Assembly (NCBI GenBank): GCA_964016885.1
Contig: OZ024742.1
Location: forward strand, 131,254,001 to 131,318,000
Reading direction: 5' to 3'
Length of the DNA: 64,000 nucleotides
Origin: Eledone cirrhosa
Taxonomy: Eukaryota
The notes under the pieces were generated by a model. It worked only from the letters and a program-made list of their open reading frames with translations, was not told the DNA's origin and did not search any database. Positions 27,506 to 41,915 of the stretch are shown here, piece by piece; the stretch's first letter is position 1, and every line of letters starts with the position of its first letter. The position numbers and the translations under genes were made by a program.

Positions 27506-27657
27506 ATAACTTTATTGGAGAGATACATGAGAATAAAATAATTAACTGCTGCTTCATATTTCGAATTATCAAATAAAATAATTGATATGAAAAACAAACA
27601 TATTCTATACACAAAATATATACAAAATCTCAGAATGTCATGAAAAACAACTGACAG

Positions 27658-27952
27658 TGAAGGTTAACTTTGCCTTTCATCCCTACGGGGTCGATAAAAT
27701 AAAGTACTAGTAATACACTGGGATAATTGCTGGCCTTGTGCCAAAAGTAGAAACAATTATATAAAAGTTATTAGGGCGGTGGATTGGCAGTATCGGTAGA
27801 GGGTCGGACGCCATGCTTTGCAGCAAAGAGTTACGGCCCTTTATGGTCTGAGTTCAAATCCTGCCGAGGTTAACTTTACCTTTCATCCTTACGGCGTCGA
27901 TAAAATAAAGTACCAGTAATTGCTGGCCTTGTGCCAAAATTAGAAACAATTA
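27658..27952 (+). mobile_element. Two tandem SINE A copies
   Basis: A/B boxes, core and AGAAACAATTAT end. Confidence 0.9.
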
Positions 27953-28069
27953 TATAAACGTTATTGGGCAGTATCTAGTAAAAGCAAAACACTTTAAAAT
28001 GGAACAAAAAAAGGAAATGTAAAGAAGAAACAAATGTAATCAAGCAATAAAAGAAAATGGGAGGGGAGT

Positions 28070-28400
28070 GGTCAGATACTACAGCCCAGTCGGAGTGGTG
28101 CCTCAGCCGTGCCCCACAGAGAATGGCCAGAAACACGCGCTACAACAGCCACCTCACCTAACATTCTAGCAGTCCGCTGTTTTTCCGTCTTTATGGAGGA
28201 AACCAGCAGTGCAGGGACCAAAACATCAGAAATCTCAACGGAGACCGGTGCAAAGTGGAAGCCGTCCATGTTTGACTATCCCATCTTCCTCCTCACTGCA
28301 TTGCGGGCAACAGAGCCGAGATTTGTGGCCGAAGCGACAAGATTGATGGCTGAGAACGTGTCTCTGCATGTTGCATACACTTCGGCTGCTAACACACCTC
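28070..28400 (-). mobile_element. CRE-clade 3' fragment
   Basis: FHFAPVSVEISDVL resembles FVPVAVETLG; homologous to 61550-61850 and 41296-41420. Confidence 0.65.
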
Positions 28401-28419
28401 TCGTATATATATATAAATA

Positions 28420-28602
28420 TAATTGTTTCTACTTTTGGCACAAGGCCAGCAATTATCCCAGTACATTACTGATACTTTAATGTATCGATCCCGTCAGGAT
28501 GAAAGGCAAAGTTAACCTCAGCGGGATTTGAAATCAGACCGTAAAGGGACGTAACTTTAAGTTGTAAAGTATGGCGTCCGATCCTCTACTGATACTGCCA
28601 AT
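28420..28602 (-). mobile_element. SINE A
   Basis: Family consensus match. Confidence 0.9.
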
Positions 28603-29008
28603 TATTTGTATTTAGCCTAATAAGCACAGAATTTACACTCGTCTCAGAACTTTATGTAGTGTTGATTCAAACGTGTACTAGCCGTTTTTGTAGTACGATG
28701 GTCCTTTCAAATATGTCGTTGAGTATACAAATTAGAATCTATTCCCTCGCGGTATAACAATGGATTAATGATTATTTTACTTTGTTTTTTATTTTCATTA
28801 TTCCTGTTAATGTTATTTAACACCTGGTCACCTCCGATCATGTAAACCTATAAATTATGGCATACATGCTTTGACTAAACTGACTTTAGCATTACATTAT
28901 CCAATGCATCCTTTCGGTATTTAAGCCAGTCATGTGTTTCGTGAGAGATTTGGCTGCTATTTGCCGCGTGTTAAGTGGTGATGAAATAGAGCCTGTTTCT
29001 CTCTCTCT

Positions 29009-29082
<74 letters not shown>

Positions 29083-29084
29083 AT

Positions 29085-29325
29085 CTAAGGCGGGTAAAAT
29101 TCCCGAGATCCATGGACGAGTTCTCTCCAGCGGTCTCTGTCCCTCATTATCGCTGCCATGTCCTGCGTCTCCAACAGACCAGTGTCTGTCCTTAGGGCAT
29201 CAACATACGATAACCTTGGTCTTCCTCTTCTAGTGCGTCCATGTACGGGCTCCCACAGGAGCACTGAGTGCAATGTCAACTCTGGATGTCGGTGAACATG
29301 TCCAGCTAACCTCAGTCTCCTCGGA
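29085..29325 (-). mobile_element. RTE-clade LINE 3' end inserted in (TA)n
   Basis: LRLAGHVHRHPE...VLLWEPVHGRTRRGRPRLSYVD...DRDRWR; second copy at 60075-60245 (+). Confidence 0.8.
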
Positions 29326-29359
29326 GAAGATATATATATATATATAATATATAATATAA

Positions 29360-30098
29360 AAGATCAAAAGATGGTTAAAAGAGTTCCATGTATTTTATTA
29401 TGCGCATTTCAAAAACAAATATCATCATGCAATAATATTTGTGTTTTCATCAGATAAAATAGGAAGACATGATATGAAGGTTAAAAAACACTTGTGAATA
29501 GTGCAGTTTTAAATCAACATATGAAAAGTAGTTTTAGATTGATGTGTGATATTGGGAAAAAAAATGTGAGGGGGGGGAGGTTGGAAACGATGAAAAAGAG
29601 GAGGTGATGAGAGTAAAAAGTGGAGGGGGAGGAGTATAATGAGGAAGGATGAGATAGGAGGAGAGATGGGTGATAGAGAGAGAGAGAGATAGCTTTTATA
29701 ACTGAGAAAAATATATTGTTTTACATAGAGAGGTTGAAAAACCGTTGGAAGATAATGTATAAATTAAAAGAATTTGAAAATTAACGAAGAGAAAAATAAT
29801 GTAAAATTAAGGTTTGTATATTGAAGGGTTTAATAATGATGTTGTGTGAATTTAAAACTGCACTATCCACAAGTGTTTTTTAACCTTCATATCATGTCTT
29901 CCTATTTTATCTGATGAAAACACAAATATTATTGCATGATGATATTTGTTTTTGAAATGCGCATAATAAAATACATGGAACTCTGTTAACCATCTCTTGA
30001 TCTTATCTATTATGTATACTCCAGTCCTACAAACTGTAGAGTGCTTCTTATCCGATATCTGCATTGCTTTATTGGACTACAATAAAACTCACCTCCTA
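29360..30098 (+). mobile_element. PLE-type 3' region with inverted arms 29360-29514 / 29850-30004
   Basis: Near-identical arms, ~335-bp spacer, TA on both sides. Confidence 0.75.
29903..29973 (+). ncRNA. Type I hammerhead ribozyme
   Basis: Stem I TATTTTAT/ATAAAATA; CTGATGA; stem II AAACACAAATATT...GATATTTGTTTTT; GAAAT-GCGC-ATA, predicted cut after A29965. Confidence 0.8.
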
Positions 30099-30099
30099 C

Positions 30100-30140
<41 letters not shown>

Positions 30141-31613
30141 TATATATATATATATTCTACCTTTCTCGTTCCCTCGTCATATTATTAGATGTAGTAAGTA
30201 TGTGTGTACCAGTTCGCAACACTGCAAAAGTGTATACAATTTTCCCTTTTATTTTACATACTTTGAAATTTCTTTATGGTGAGTATCTTGAAGTAGGACA
30301 CATATTCATATTTATATAATTGATTGTGTAGGAACTAGAAAAATCGAAGCTTGGAGACTGATATTACCATGATTCATTCGAATCATATTTAGTTTATTAT
30401 TATTGCTTCTATACATGATTGAAATGGATTGGTATATACGGTAATACACTGTCTAATGATGTGTGAATTTAAATCCAGCGTTGATTTTCATTCTTATAAT
30501 TTCATACCGTTGCAAGGAAACGATATTTTACTACTTTTAAAAATCTTAACTATGTTAGACTTGTGTGCTGTCCAGAGGGACGTAATTCTCATATACTTAA
30601 GAATATGGAAACTGGAAGTGAGAGTCGATTCTGTGGAACTGTGTGATTTGGAAATCGACCAACTGTGTCGCTAATGTGTTTCAATTATTTTCAAGGTTTC
30701 ATGACTTCGAAAATACTTAAACTTAAACATTATACAAAATGTTATTGTTTCTAAAATATTTGTATTTAATGTGAACTACTCTTAATCATTTATTGATTCA
30801 TTCCATGTTCAGGCCGAGAAAGCATGTCCAAAACAGTCTGAGGAAGTATGTGACCCTAAAATAGATGTTTGAAATTTTAAATAGTAGAAGTAATTTATCA
30901 AATGACACAATAACGGGATGATTTTGGCACAAAAATAAACATTTGCAGAGTAAGTGTTAATTATACGTTTCTTGTGCAATGCTCTACTTAGAATAGACAA
31001 GCAGTTTCTGAGAAGAGACCAAGTTAATAAGGCCTGCATCTCAGAACTGTTGAAACCAAACATAATAGGAAAAATTCAAGCGATAAATTTTGATGTGTCT
31101 ATCAGATATTTCCAATAGGAAACCCGCTTGCAGGCATTTTCATCCTTCTATTCGTCTGCGTCTTTCACTTTCCATAAAAAAAACAACGCCCGCCAAACAA
31201 ACGTTGGGAATTTATAATTCATTATCATTTTATCACATCAGTAATTTGACAACATATAACATTTAAAAATATGGAGTGTAGCTTGAAGCAATGTAAATGA
31301 CAGCGAATAGATAAAGTTCTTGAATAGCACTAAGTAATAAGCGTATTTCTTGAAATCTAATAGTGCGTATGTGTTTAAATATTGAATTAAGTGACTGATA
31401 GGCTATATCAAAGCCATAGTGATATAGTCTATAAATCAGTTTTAGTAGATATTTGTGGTGAGGAGAAGTGACAATTCCCAGAAGCATTTATTAAAATTAT
31501 CAGCTCTTCGGAAACAAAATTAATTAGTTGAGATAAGTACACAAATAACATCATTCGCTTTAAAAGTAATGTACATGTTTACGTTAAAATGCATACACAC
31601 ACACATACATACA

Positions 31614-31651
<38 letters not shown>

Positions 31652-31719
31652 TGTTTCTACTTTTGGCACAAGACCATCAATTATCACAGTACATTACTGG
31701 TACTTTATTTTATCGACGG

Positions 31720-32950
31720 GGATTTTATTCCTTTATTTTTTCAATCTATAAAAACTCCCGTTATCTCGGCACTTTTAGGAAGGATCTAATCACCACATTT
31801 AGGTATCTAGGACGAAAATCACTGTATGCACCAACCAAGCTAGTATTCACATATACTTCAAACTAGGCTTAGGTACACGCACATAAACCCTTCTATCAAC
31901 CTGGTGTAAACATTGCGTACATACATAAGAGCTCCTGCTATTCCCCTAGGGTCTTCCAAAATTTAGCTACGTTTATTAACAAAAGGATCTCTAACCTCTC
32001 TTCAAACCAAGCTATCTTACATAGATCTACCCCGTACCATATAGTGGCTTCATAGTAAATATATCCTATCTCCAGGTCAGTCTTCTTATACTAATAAGAA
32101 AAAAAATCCAGCAATAGGTAAAAAATATGGTACTCCCTTCTTTTCTCCCTCAGTCTCAAAATTATCCTTAACCGCCATACGGTTAAAGATGGATATTCCT
32201 GAACCCAAAACATAAAATCAGGCCCACTGAATCAACAATGCAATTCCCAAGCGATAATATACGAAGCTGAGGTCTCTTCGTTGAGTCAACACCATCAAGG
32301 GGAAACCTGGATATATATTGGTGTCACGGTTTAAGAACCGCTTCCTTCATCATGAAACGACCTACTCAAATAAAAGGAACACCAAATATCTGGAGAATAA
32401 AATATGGCAACTCAACGTCAAGAATATATACTGGAACATGCAGATTATGCAATGATGAGAAATGGTGGATATTGAATAATTTTCATAAAAACAATAGGCT
32501 GTTAAACATGGGCCCGGATTTCTTCTCGCGATGCTTTGGGGAATTATCGAACCTCCTCACCATAAACATATACTAAACCTAATTTATGGAATATATAAAA
32601 TTGATATAGCCTATCAGTCATTTAATTCAATATTAAACAAATACATCATTCTAGTTTCCAGGGAATATACCTATTACTTAGTGTAATTCAAGAATTTAAT
32701 GTATTTGCTGTCGTTTACATGGCTTGAAGCTACCGTATTCATCATACATGTGTCCATTCACTGATAGTAGAGATTTACAAGCTCCTGCTGCTACTGGAGT
32801 ACTGGTACCCCCGCTATACATCAAAACTGGGTGTTACGTAACTTATGGTAACGTTGTTACTTAACCTACCGTAGGTGGCTGAGGGAGTGAGCACTGATTT
32901 TCGTTTGTTTGTGTTTCTTATGTGTTCATGTCCTTGTTGTGCTCAATTTG

Positions 32951-32951
<1 letters not shown>
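31720..32951 (+). mobile_element. Penelope-like element remnant, GIY-YIG end (Neptune-like)
   Basis: GPLNQQCNSQAIIYEAEV...WIYIGVT/FKNRFLHHE...CRLCNDEKWWIL...LLN...SRC; ends at (TA)n; diverged inverted copy of 32530-32742 at 31263-31490. Confidence 0.85.
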
Positions 32952-33012
<61 letters not shown>

Positions 33013-33285
33013 CAAATTGAGCACAACAAGGACAAGAACATATATATATATATATATATGAGTAACAAAATAAGATGCTGAGGTTACATATATCGTTTAA
33101 TCATTATAATTATTTCCACGGTTATCCATGCAATCGAGATGCCCTTCATTCATTTGATGTTGTTATGAGAACGGTATCCTTAGATGAATAACCGATATGT
33201 TTGATATGTCGCCCAGCAGACATATGAGTTCCTTGAAGAGTTTGCCAGCCGTCGTGTTTGCTAGAAAAAGCTATTCGACAGCTAG

Positions 33286-33450
33286 ATCCGAACTAAGCCT
33301 CTGGTGGCTTAGTTCGGATGAAGCTGCGAAACGACCGGAGCTCAGCCGTCGAGGTCCTGACTTTTTTCCTATTACCCACTCTACTACCCTAAGTATTGAG
33401 TACTCGGGTGCGTTAATGTGCACCTGTATCTTACCACAACCTCTTTGTTA
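33286..33450 (+). mobile_element. PLE-type 3' end (family shared with 37371-37489 and 38320-38531) with small fold-back
   Basis: ATCCGAACTAAGCC/GGCTTAGTTCGGAT hairpin overlapping CGGATGAAGCTGCGAAAC. Confidence 0.65.
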
Positions 33451-33458
33451 TCTATCTA

Positions 33459-33991
<533 letters not shown>

Positions 33992-34071
33992 TATATATAT
34001 ATATACATACATAATGGTGTCCCTGAAAATTCGGCTGATGTAAGTATAATCTGCTTGTTAAATAATAACGA

Positions 34072-34765
34072 TATTGATTTCTACTTTAGGCACATGGTCA
34101 GTGATATTTTGGGGGAGGGGAACGTGGATTAAATGGACCCTAGTTCGTTACTAGTTCTTTATTTTATCGACCCTGTAAAGATGAAAGGCAAAGGTAACTT
34201 CGGCGGGATTTGAACTCAGAATCTAAAGGCCAGTAACTCTATGTCGCTAAACATGTTGTCCGACGCACTATCGATTATGCCAATCAACCGCAATAATAAT
34301 AATTGTTTCTACTTTTGGCACAAAACCAGCAACTATCTCAGTGTATTACTGGTACTTTATTTTATCGACCCCGTAAGGATGAAAGGCAAAGTTAATCTCG
34401 GCAGGATTTGAACTCAGATCATAAAGGGGCGTAACTCTATGCTGGAAAGCATGGCGTCCGACCCTCTACCGATACTGCCAATCCACCGCCCTGATTCACC
34501 TGCCAATTGACCGCAATAATAATGATTTCTTAAATAGGCACAAGGCCAGCAATTTTGGGGGAGGTGAAAGTCGATTAAATCGAACCAGTGTATTACTGGT
34601 ACTTTATTTTATCGACCCCGTAAGGAGGATGAAAGGCAAAGTTAACCTCGGCAGGATTTGAACTCCGACCATAAAGGGGCGTAACTCTATGCTGGAAAGC
34701 ATGGTGTCCGACCCTCTACCGATACTGCCAATCCACTGACCTGATTGATCTGCCAATCCACCGCA
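34072..34765 (-). mobile_element. Three head-to-tail SINE A copies
   Basis: Family consensus match. Confidence 0.9.
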
Positions 34766-34775
34766 ATAATAGCAA

Positions 34776-36300
34776 CAGTGCATGACAAACTGAAAAATAG
34801 TTTCTTTGGCTAGAGATAATTAGGGTTATTCTAATTAATTTTAGGATGCTCGTTCTGAATACGAAATCAGTTTTGCTTCATTATATCTAGATTTTGAACT
34901 AGAAGATACACCAAATTTACAGAAATCTAATGGAGCATGCAATACGTCAAATGTTCCTATTTGTCTTTTAAGAATGCCTTTGTATTTTGTGTGACAACAT
35001 TTAATGAGAGAACTGTAAAAGTTTATTAGATGATGTCTATTTTTAGAACACTTTGATTTAAATGCGTGTTTTCGATTTTTTGTGGCTTATTTTAACAAAT
35101 TGGTAATTATCCTGTTCAATGTGAACTGCAGTGTTTTATTTCTCCACTTCAATTAGCATGGATTCAAGATGTGTATGTCGCAATTATCCAGATCACATTT
35201 GTTACATCTGTGTGGAATACGCATTCAAGGACACTTATACAAGTAAGATACAAGGATTATTTCAAAATGAAACTTGGAAACCAAGATAAATGTTTTACTC
35301 CTCATATTGTATGGAAAGTTTGCAGTAATCGGCTTAACCTGTCGTCCAGTGGCAAGCTGAAGCAAAAGCCACTTGTCATTGCCAATGGCATGGTGAGAAC
35401 AAAACATTCTACTGATTGCTTCTTTTGCATTACTAATGCTGAAGAGTTCAATAAGAAAACTGCAAAGTATATTAAGTATCTTAATTTGCCATCTGCCATA
35501 TAATCACAGCATTATGAATATGAAATTCGTCCTCTGCCAAGCAATCAACCACTGAGTCAGTAACATGGTAATTCTTATTACGGGACTGGATGGGAAGACG
35601 AATTGGATGACAAGGATTTTGAAATTTCACTTTCTAAAAGAAGTCAAGGACAAATGGATTATTTAATAGGAAAGTCGGAACATTCTAAGAATGATGCTTG
35701 TTTGACTGGAACAATGCTGAAAGAATTTGGTACCTTAGCCCAAGTAACCAAAACAACAGCGTATAAGCACCGAGAGAAGAAATTTGTTGAATGTTACGAC
35801 ACACATATTGAACTGGGTTTGATTATGGCACTGGGAAATTCCTCTGAGTTCAAGACAAATTGGTGATTACCCTTTGATGTCAGTGTATCCAGCTTAAAGG
35901 AAGTTATTTTGAATGTTGGGGATGAGTATCCAGATATTTCAGAGCGCTATTCGGGAAAGGCAAAAGGGGCATATGACACTGTCAAGATGTTACTTTCCTT
36001 GATCAGGTATGAAGAATGAAAGTGGAAAGCTGGAGGGGACTTGAAGATCATATGCTTTTTTAACTGGAATGCAAAAAGTCTACACGAAATATTGTTGCTT
36101 CGTGTGTCTGTTGGATAGCCGAGCTGGAAATGAGCCCACCAGTCGGCAGGATTGGTCAGCCTGTCATGGATGGAGTCCACGAAATAAAGGCGTTCACTGT
36201 TTAGAAAGTCATTTGGATTTCTTTCTTTTGGATTTGGGCAAGATCAGTGATAAGCATAGTGAAAGATTTCATGAAGCCATTACTACTGTTGAAAGAAGGT
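34776..36300 (+). mobile_element. Decayed Chapaev3-like DNA transposon
   Basis: YFKMKLGNQDKCFTPHIV...C, DCFFC, YTKYCCFVCLLDSRA, HCLESHLDFF...SDKHSERFHE; stops and internal deletion. Confidence 0.75.
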
Positions 36301-37009
36301 ACCCCTTCCGCTCAAATTGCTGTCCTTGTGCTAAATGTCGAAACAATTATTATTATTTAGGTATTTTCATTTTACGTTTAAAGTTCGTTTGAAAATATTT
36401 GAGAGGAAAAATTTGTCCACACTTCCTATTATAAATAAAAATAGCAATACATAAATAAATGAAAAATATCATCGACGTGCAAATTCAGAAATGTTTTTCT
36501 CTGCGTTCAATTATTTATTCGTTTCCGTTATCGATTTTAATTTCATGTATGAACACAAATGATTAATTCATAAAATCCAAGATTTTCTATTTTTTCTATT
36601 TTAATAATTAAAATGTTTATTAATAAATTTATGTTTGTTTTTTTCTTACATTTCAAAAATTTATTCGTATTTAACACGAATGTTCTTATTGTGTCTTTAT
36701 CTTTCCACGCATAACTCTGCCTACCTCTCTGTCTGTCTTTTGACTCTCTCTATATCTATCTAAAGACACATTTTCTCCAATTTAAGGAGTCATCATATCA
36801 CTGTTTCTATGTTTGTCTATATCTTTCTCTCACATTCTGTTTCTCCTCCTCTCTATTTACACGAACACACATGCACACAAACATGCAAAGACATAGAAAA
36901 GATACACACACACACACTTATATATATACACACGCATATCTATATTATATCATGTATCTTATATTCTCAATATATATATAAAAAAGAAAATTTCGCTCTA
37001 CATGGCTGA

Positions 37010-37314
37010 CAGTATGCAGGTGAACAGTGAGCTGTACGGATGAAGGGAGATACCCAGACACATTAGTGTCTGCAGTTCTGTTCGTATGGCAACACAAGTG
37101 CAAGAATTAAGTGTTCATTCTACTGACATGGCTATAAAATTGAGGCTTGTTTTCAAAATTGCAAACGAATCGAATCTTATTATTAAGGCCGAGGTTAACT
37201 TTGCCTTTCATCCTTACGGGGTCGATAAAATAAAGTACCAGTAATGAACTGGGTAATTGCTGGCCTTGTGCTAAAAGTAGAAACAATTATTAATATTCGA
37301 AAAACTCAGATTAC

Positions 37315-37320
<6 letters not shown>
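37010..37320 (+). mobile_element. Second copy of the 22630-22842 PLE-type 3' end, split by a truncated SINE A (~37186-37290)
   Basis: Direct similarity; TTATTAA duplicated around the SINE. Confidence 0.8.
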
Positions 37321-37602
<282 letters not shown>

Positions 37603-37643
37603 CATAAATATATATATATATATGAATTTCGAAAATGAGATCA

Positions 37644-37674
<31 letters not shown>

Positions 37675-37677
<3 letters not shown>

Positions 37678-37809
37678 AATGGAAAAGAATGAAACGAAAT
37701 TTCATTTCTCACTCTTAGTACGGTTGATACTTAAGTGTAAATATGTATGTATACTTACATACATATATGTATGCAGACGTACAGTAGTATGTATATATAT
37801 ACATACATG

Positions 37810-37850
<41 letters not shown>

Positions 37851-38301
37851 GTATGGGTTTACCGAACATTTATTATAATGTTCGGTTTGTTTGTAAACAA
37901 ACAGCCCGAATTACGCCGTGCAGTGTTTAGGCAACCACGTCACCTTTTTGTTCAACACTGACACAGGAACAATGAACTAGTTTCAAGCTTATTAGCTATC
38001 GTCAGCATCGTATATCTTCCTTTCAGATGATTGAACATCTGAAAGTGTATACTTTCCTTATGCATATTAACAGCTGAGCAGCCTAATTTGCATATCAAGT
38101 GACTTAGTCGGCCGGGCGCACCGAAAACGATAAATGGAAAAGAATGAAACGAAATTTCATTTCTCACTCTTAGTACGGCTGATACTTAAGTGTAAGTATG
38201 TATGTATACGTTCATACATATATGTATACAGACGTACAGTAGTATGTATATATATACATACATGCACACATATATATATATATGTACGTATGGGTTTACC
38301 G
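37675..38301. repeat. LTR-like direct repeat (37675-37864 / 38130-38301) around a 265-bp core
   Basis: Direct comparison; TA on both sides. Confidence 0.8.
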
Positions 38302-38319
38302 TTATATATATATATATAT

Positions 38320-38531
38320 AACGAAGGAAGTGTGGTAAGGAACCAAGTGGACCATAACGCACCAGAGTATTCCATACTTAGAGTAGTAGAGTGGGTAATA
38401 GGAAAAAGTATGACCCCGACGGCAGAGCTGAAGCCGTTTCGACGGCTATTTCTGGACTCTTTCTGGACTATTTCTGGACTATTTCAGTCAAATGGCTTGA
38501 ACTCTGCCGTGGGGGTCACACTTTTTCCTAT
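38320..38531 (-). mobile_element. PLE-type 3' end with ~46-bp fold-back and 11-mer stutter spacer
   Basis: Arms 38398-38443 / 38487-38531; spacer about 3x TATTTCTGGAC. Confidence 0.7.
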
Positions 38532-38607
38532 ATATATATATATAGTAATAATAATAAATTTGAAAGCAGCGATTCTTTGCTTAAACTTTAATCTGTTATT
38601 TTAATAA

Positions 38608-38639
<32 letters not shown>

Positions 38640-38642
38640 GTT

Positions 38643-38699
38643 TACATTCACACATGAAAAAAAATACATATATATATAGAGAGAGAGAAAGGGAGGGAG

Positions 38700-38749
<50 letters not shown>

Positions 38750-39114
38750 GTGAAATCACGACCGTGGGGGCCACGCCTTTTCGGAATACACAAACCGAAA
38801 CCGCTTGGCACGGTGGTCGGGATTCACCTATCTGTATACCCACACCGCATCTCCCGTACATTTATTATTCCCTTGATAAGTGGTCTCTCCGGTATCCATA
38901 TATATATATATAGAGAGAGAGAGAGGGGGGGGGGGGGCACAGACAGACGGAGAGAATCTGCGGTGTGGATACCGGAGAGACCACTTATCAAGGGAATAAT
39001 AAATGTACGGGAGATGCGGTGTGGGTATACAGATAGGTGAATCCCGACCACCGTGCCAAGCGGTTTCGGTTTGTGTATTCCGAAAAGGCGTGGCCCCCAC
39101 AGTCGTGATTTCAC

Positions 39115-39190
<76 letters not shown>

Positions 39191-39252
39191 CTCTCTCCCT
39201 CCCTTTCTCTCTCTATCTCTCTCTATATATATTTTTTCATGTGTGAATGTAT
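38643..39252. repeat. Large palindrome centred on a TA/GA/G tract
   Basis: 38643-38898 is the reverse complement of 38966-39252, including internal microsatellites. Confidence 0.9.
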
Positions 39253-39255
39253 ACA

Positions 39256-39328
<73 letters not shown>

Positions 39329-39330
<2 letters not shown>

Positions 39331-39934
39331 CAGGTCATCAGTTGGTGCTACTGGTAACATGTATCCCAGTACAACCTGTCCCATGGTCGGGTCGTTGGCG
39401 ACTAAACTGGCAACCCCACCAAGGTTTCTTGGTGAGGAGGGTGACTTTGGACATCCTGCAGGACTAAAAACAAAACCTGTCAAAGGGCAAAGGAGCTCTT
39501 AAGAGTCAATGTCCATCCAAAATCACCGGGAGAGATGACCCCTTAGCCTTTGTCAAGGCAGAATTCTAGGAGAAGGAAAACTCTTATATAACACCTGCAA
39601 CCCTGATGGTATCCAATGATGTTGACTTGTTCTTCTTTTTGGTAAATATCATCTTGGTTAAGAAAGTGGGACTGGCTTTGTGCAGTGCCTTTGCTCACTA
39701 TAAAAGCTTCACGGCACAGGCATTGCTTTATATCTGGAGATCTCTCTGCACTTGTCGTCACAGGGTACCATGGGCCCAGCACTATGTGTCAATAATTGTC
39801 ACAAGTGTAGTATTTGTACCAGAGTTTACAAGTCGCTGGTTGGACTAAAAAGTCACACTCGTTCAGCGCATCGGTAGAAGTTCTCCTATATGGATATAAA
39901 GTAGTGGCCGTACTCGAAAACGAGTTGGCAGCCA

Positions 39935-39937
<3 letters not shown>
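39329..39937 (+). mobile_element. Longest copy (~610 bp) of the RTE-derived non-autonomous element
   Basis: Terminal C2H2 finger [23 protein letters not shown] (39806-39877); CTCG-AAAA-CGAG hairpin; microsatellite tail. Confidence 0.7.
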
Positions 39938-40023
<86 letters not shown>

Positions 40024-40024
40024 C

Positions 40025-40148
<124 letters not shown>

Positions 40149-40464
40149 TTTCTAGCCTACACATGTTAACTATCATTCCAACATACTTCTATATTTTCGG
40201 ATTACTGCTCTTAGATTATCTCCCCTTTGATTGTCACTGTATGTTTGCTCTCTCTCTCTCTTTCCGTTTCTATGTAACTTCAAGCTTATCACGCACACAC
40301 ACACACACACACATACACACACTTACACACACACAAACACACTCACACACACATGCACCTTCACTCTCCCCCCTTCTCTCTGCTTCACGTTATCTGCATT
40401 CCACTTCTCACTTCATTTGTTGTTCTATATTCACTACATTACTTATATTATTCTCTATATCTAG

Positions 40465-41165
40465 TGGTTTGGCAGTATCGGGTACAGTATCGGGTAATAT
40501 GCTTCGCAGAATAGAGTTACGGCCCTTCGCGTTCTGAGTTCAAATCCCACCGAGGTCGGTTTTGTTTTTCATCCTTCCGTGGTCGATAATATAAAGTACC
40601 AGTAACGTACTGGGGTCGATTTAAACGACTTCCCCTCCTCCCAAAACTCAGAAACCATTATTCTTTATTTTCTGCTGTATGGCACCTTGGACACGTATCT
40701 TTTATTACAGCCACGGGTCGGATGTAAACCTTCTGAGTGAACCAGAATAGACAGATACTGTGCGGAAACTATTGGATGGACTGTACCTGTTATTTAAAGG
40801 GACCGGCTTTGTTACAAATTATGTTACCGTGAAGGCGTGTGATTGTTTGGTTAGAAAACTGGATTCGCAATCGTGAGGTTGTCAGTTCGATTCCTGGACC
40901 AGGTGATGCGTTATGTTCTTGAGCAAGACACTTTATTTCGCGCTGCTTCTTCTAATGGGAGTTGCGAACGATAGATAGTATTCGCAATTGGAAAGACCAA
41001 CGGAAACATTGTTTCCTCGGTCCGATTTGACGAAAGTTGCTCGACAAATTTTTATGTTACCTTTCATTACAACGATAATTACACCTGACTGTGGTATACT
41101 CAACCACATGTAGATTAACTGTTCCGTTGATCGTACAACACGAACACTCATCGTCGAAGCCAATC
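40465..41165 (+). mobile_element. SINE A (40465-40660) followed by family-B SINE pieces
   Basis: A/B boxes and family cores. Confidence 0.75.
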
Positions 41166-41679
41166 GTGGTTCATTCCAGTCTATTTACTTAACTCTTTCT
41201 ATTCCCATCTCCGCTGTTATCTTCTTATTTTCTATCTCCACTTTCTACAGTGCCGAAGATAAAAGAGGATCAAGCAAAGAAAGAAAGGGAGAGGTTCAGT
41301 GACAGACACGACACCCCAGTTTGAGCGGTGACTCAGACAGGTAAAGGCGTTACCGTGAAGAATGACCAGAGATACCCACTGCATCAGCCACCTCACCTGA
41401 CAGTACTCACTCCAGAAGCAGGCTACATCTTTATCTTCTATATTTGTAATCTGTTCTCTCTCCTCCTTACTCAGTCAACCCCCCCCCCCCCACTAAAGTT
41501 CTGTTTTATATGATGATCATAGAGCTTAAGTTGTTTCTTGTTTATTTATTTCCTACCCAATTTCTCTTACTTTTTCCTCCATGGCCTTATACGTTCTTTC
41601 CAATCTCTCCTAACTATGTCTCTTTCTCTATACCGGCTTTCTTTCTATCACCTCTCTTTCCACCACCGCTCTTTTCTCC

Positions 41680-41915
41680 CTCTCCAACCCTTGTCTTTTC
41701 TCTCTCTTCAACCCCGCTCTATTCTCCCTTTTCAACTCCTCTCTATTCTCCCTCTTCAACCCTTGCCTTTTCTCTCTCTTCAACCCCGCTCTATTCTCCC
41801 TTTTCAACTCCTCTCTATTCTCCCTCTTCAACCCTTGCCTTTTCTCTCTCTTCAACTCCTCTCTGTTCTCCCCCTTCAACTCCTGTCTATTCTCCCTCTT
41901 CAACCCATCTCTCTC
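41680..41915. repeat. Pyrimidine-rich minisatellite: 24-bp subunits in a 72-bp higher-order unit
   Basis: TCTTCAACCCCGCTCTATTCTCCC variants. Confidence 0.85.

Noticed and set aside
30429-31063. Unique-looking sequence with small ORFs
   Set aside because: No consistent splice-site pairs or recognisable motif
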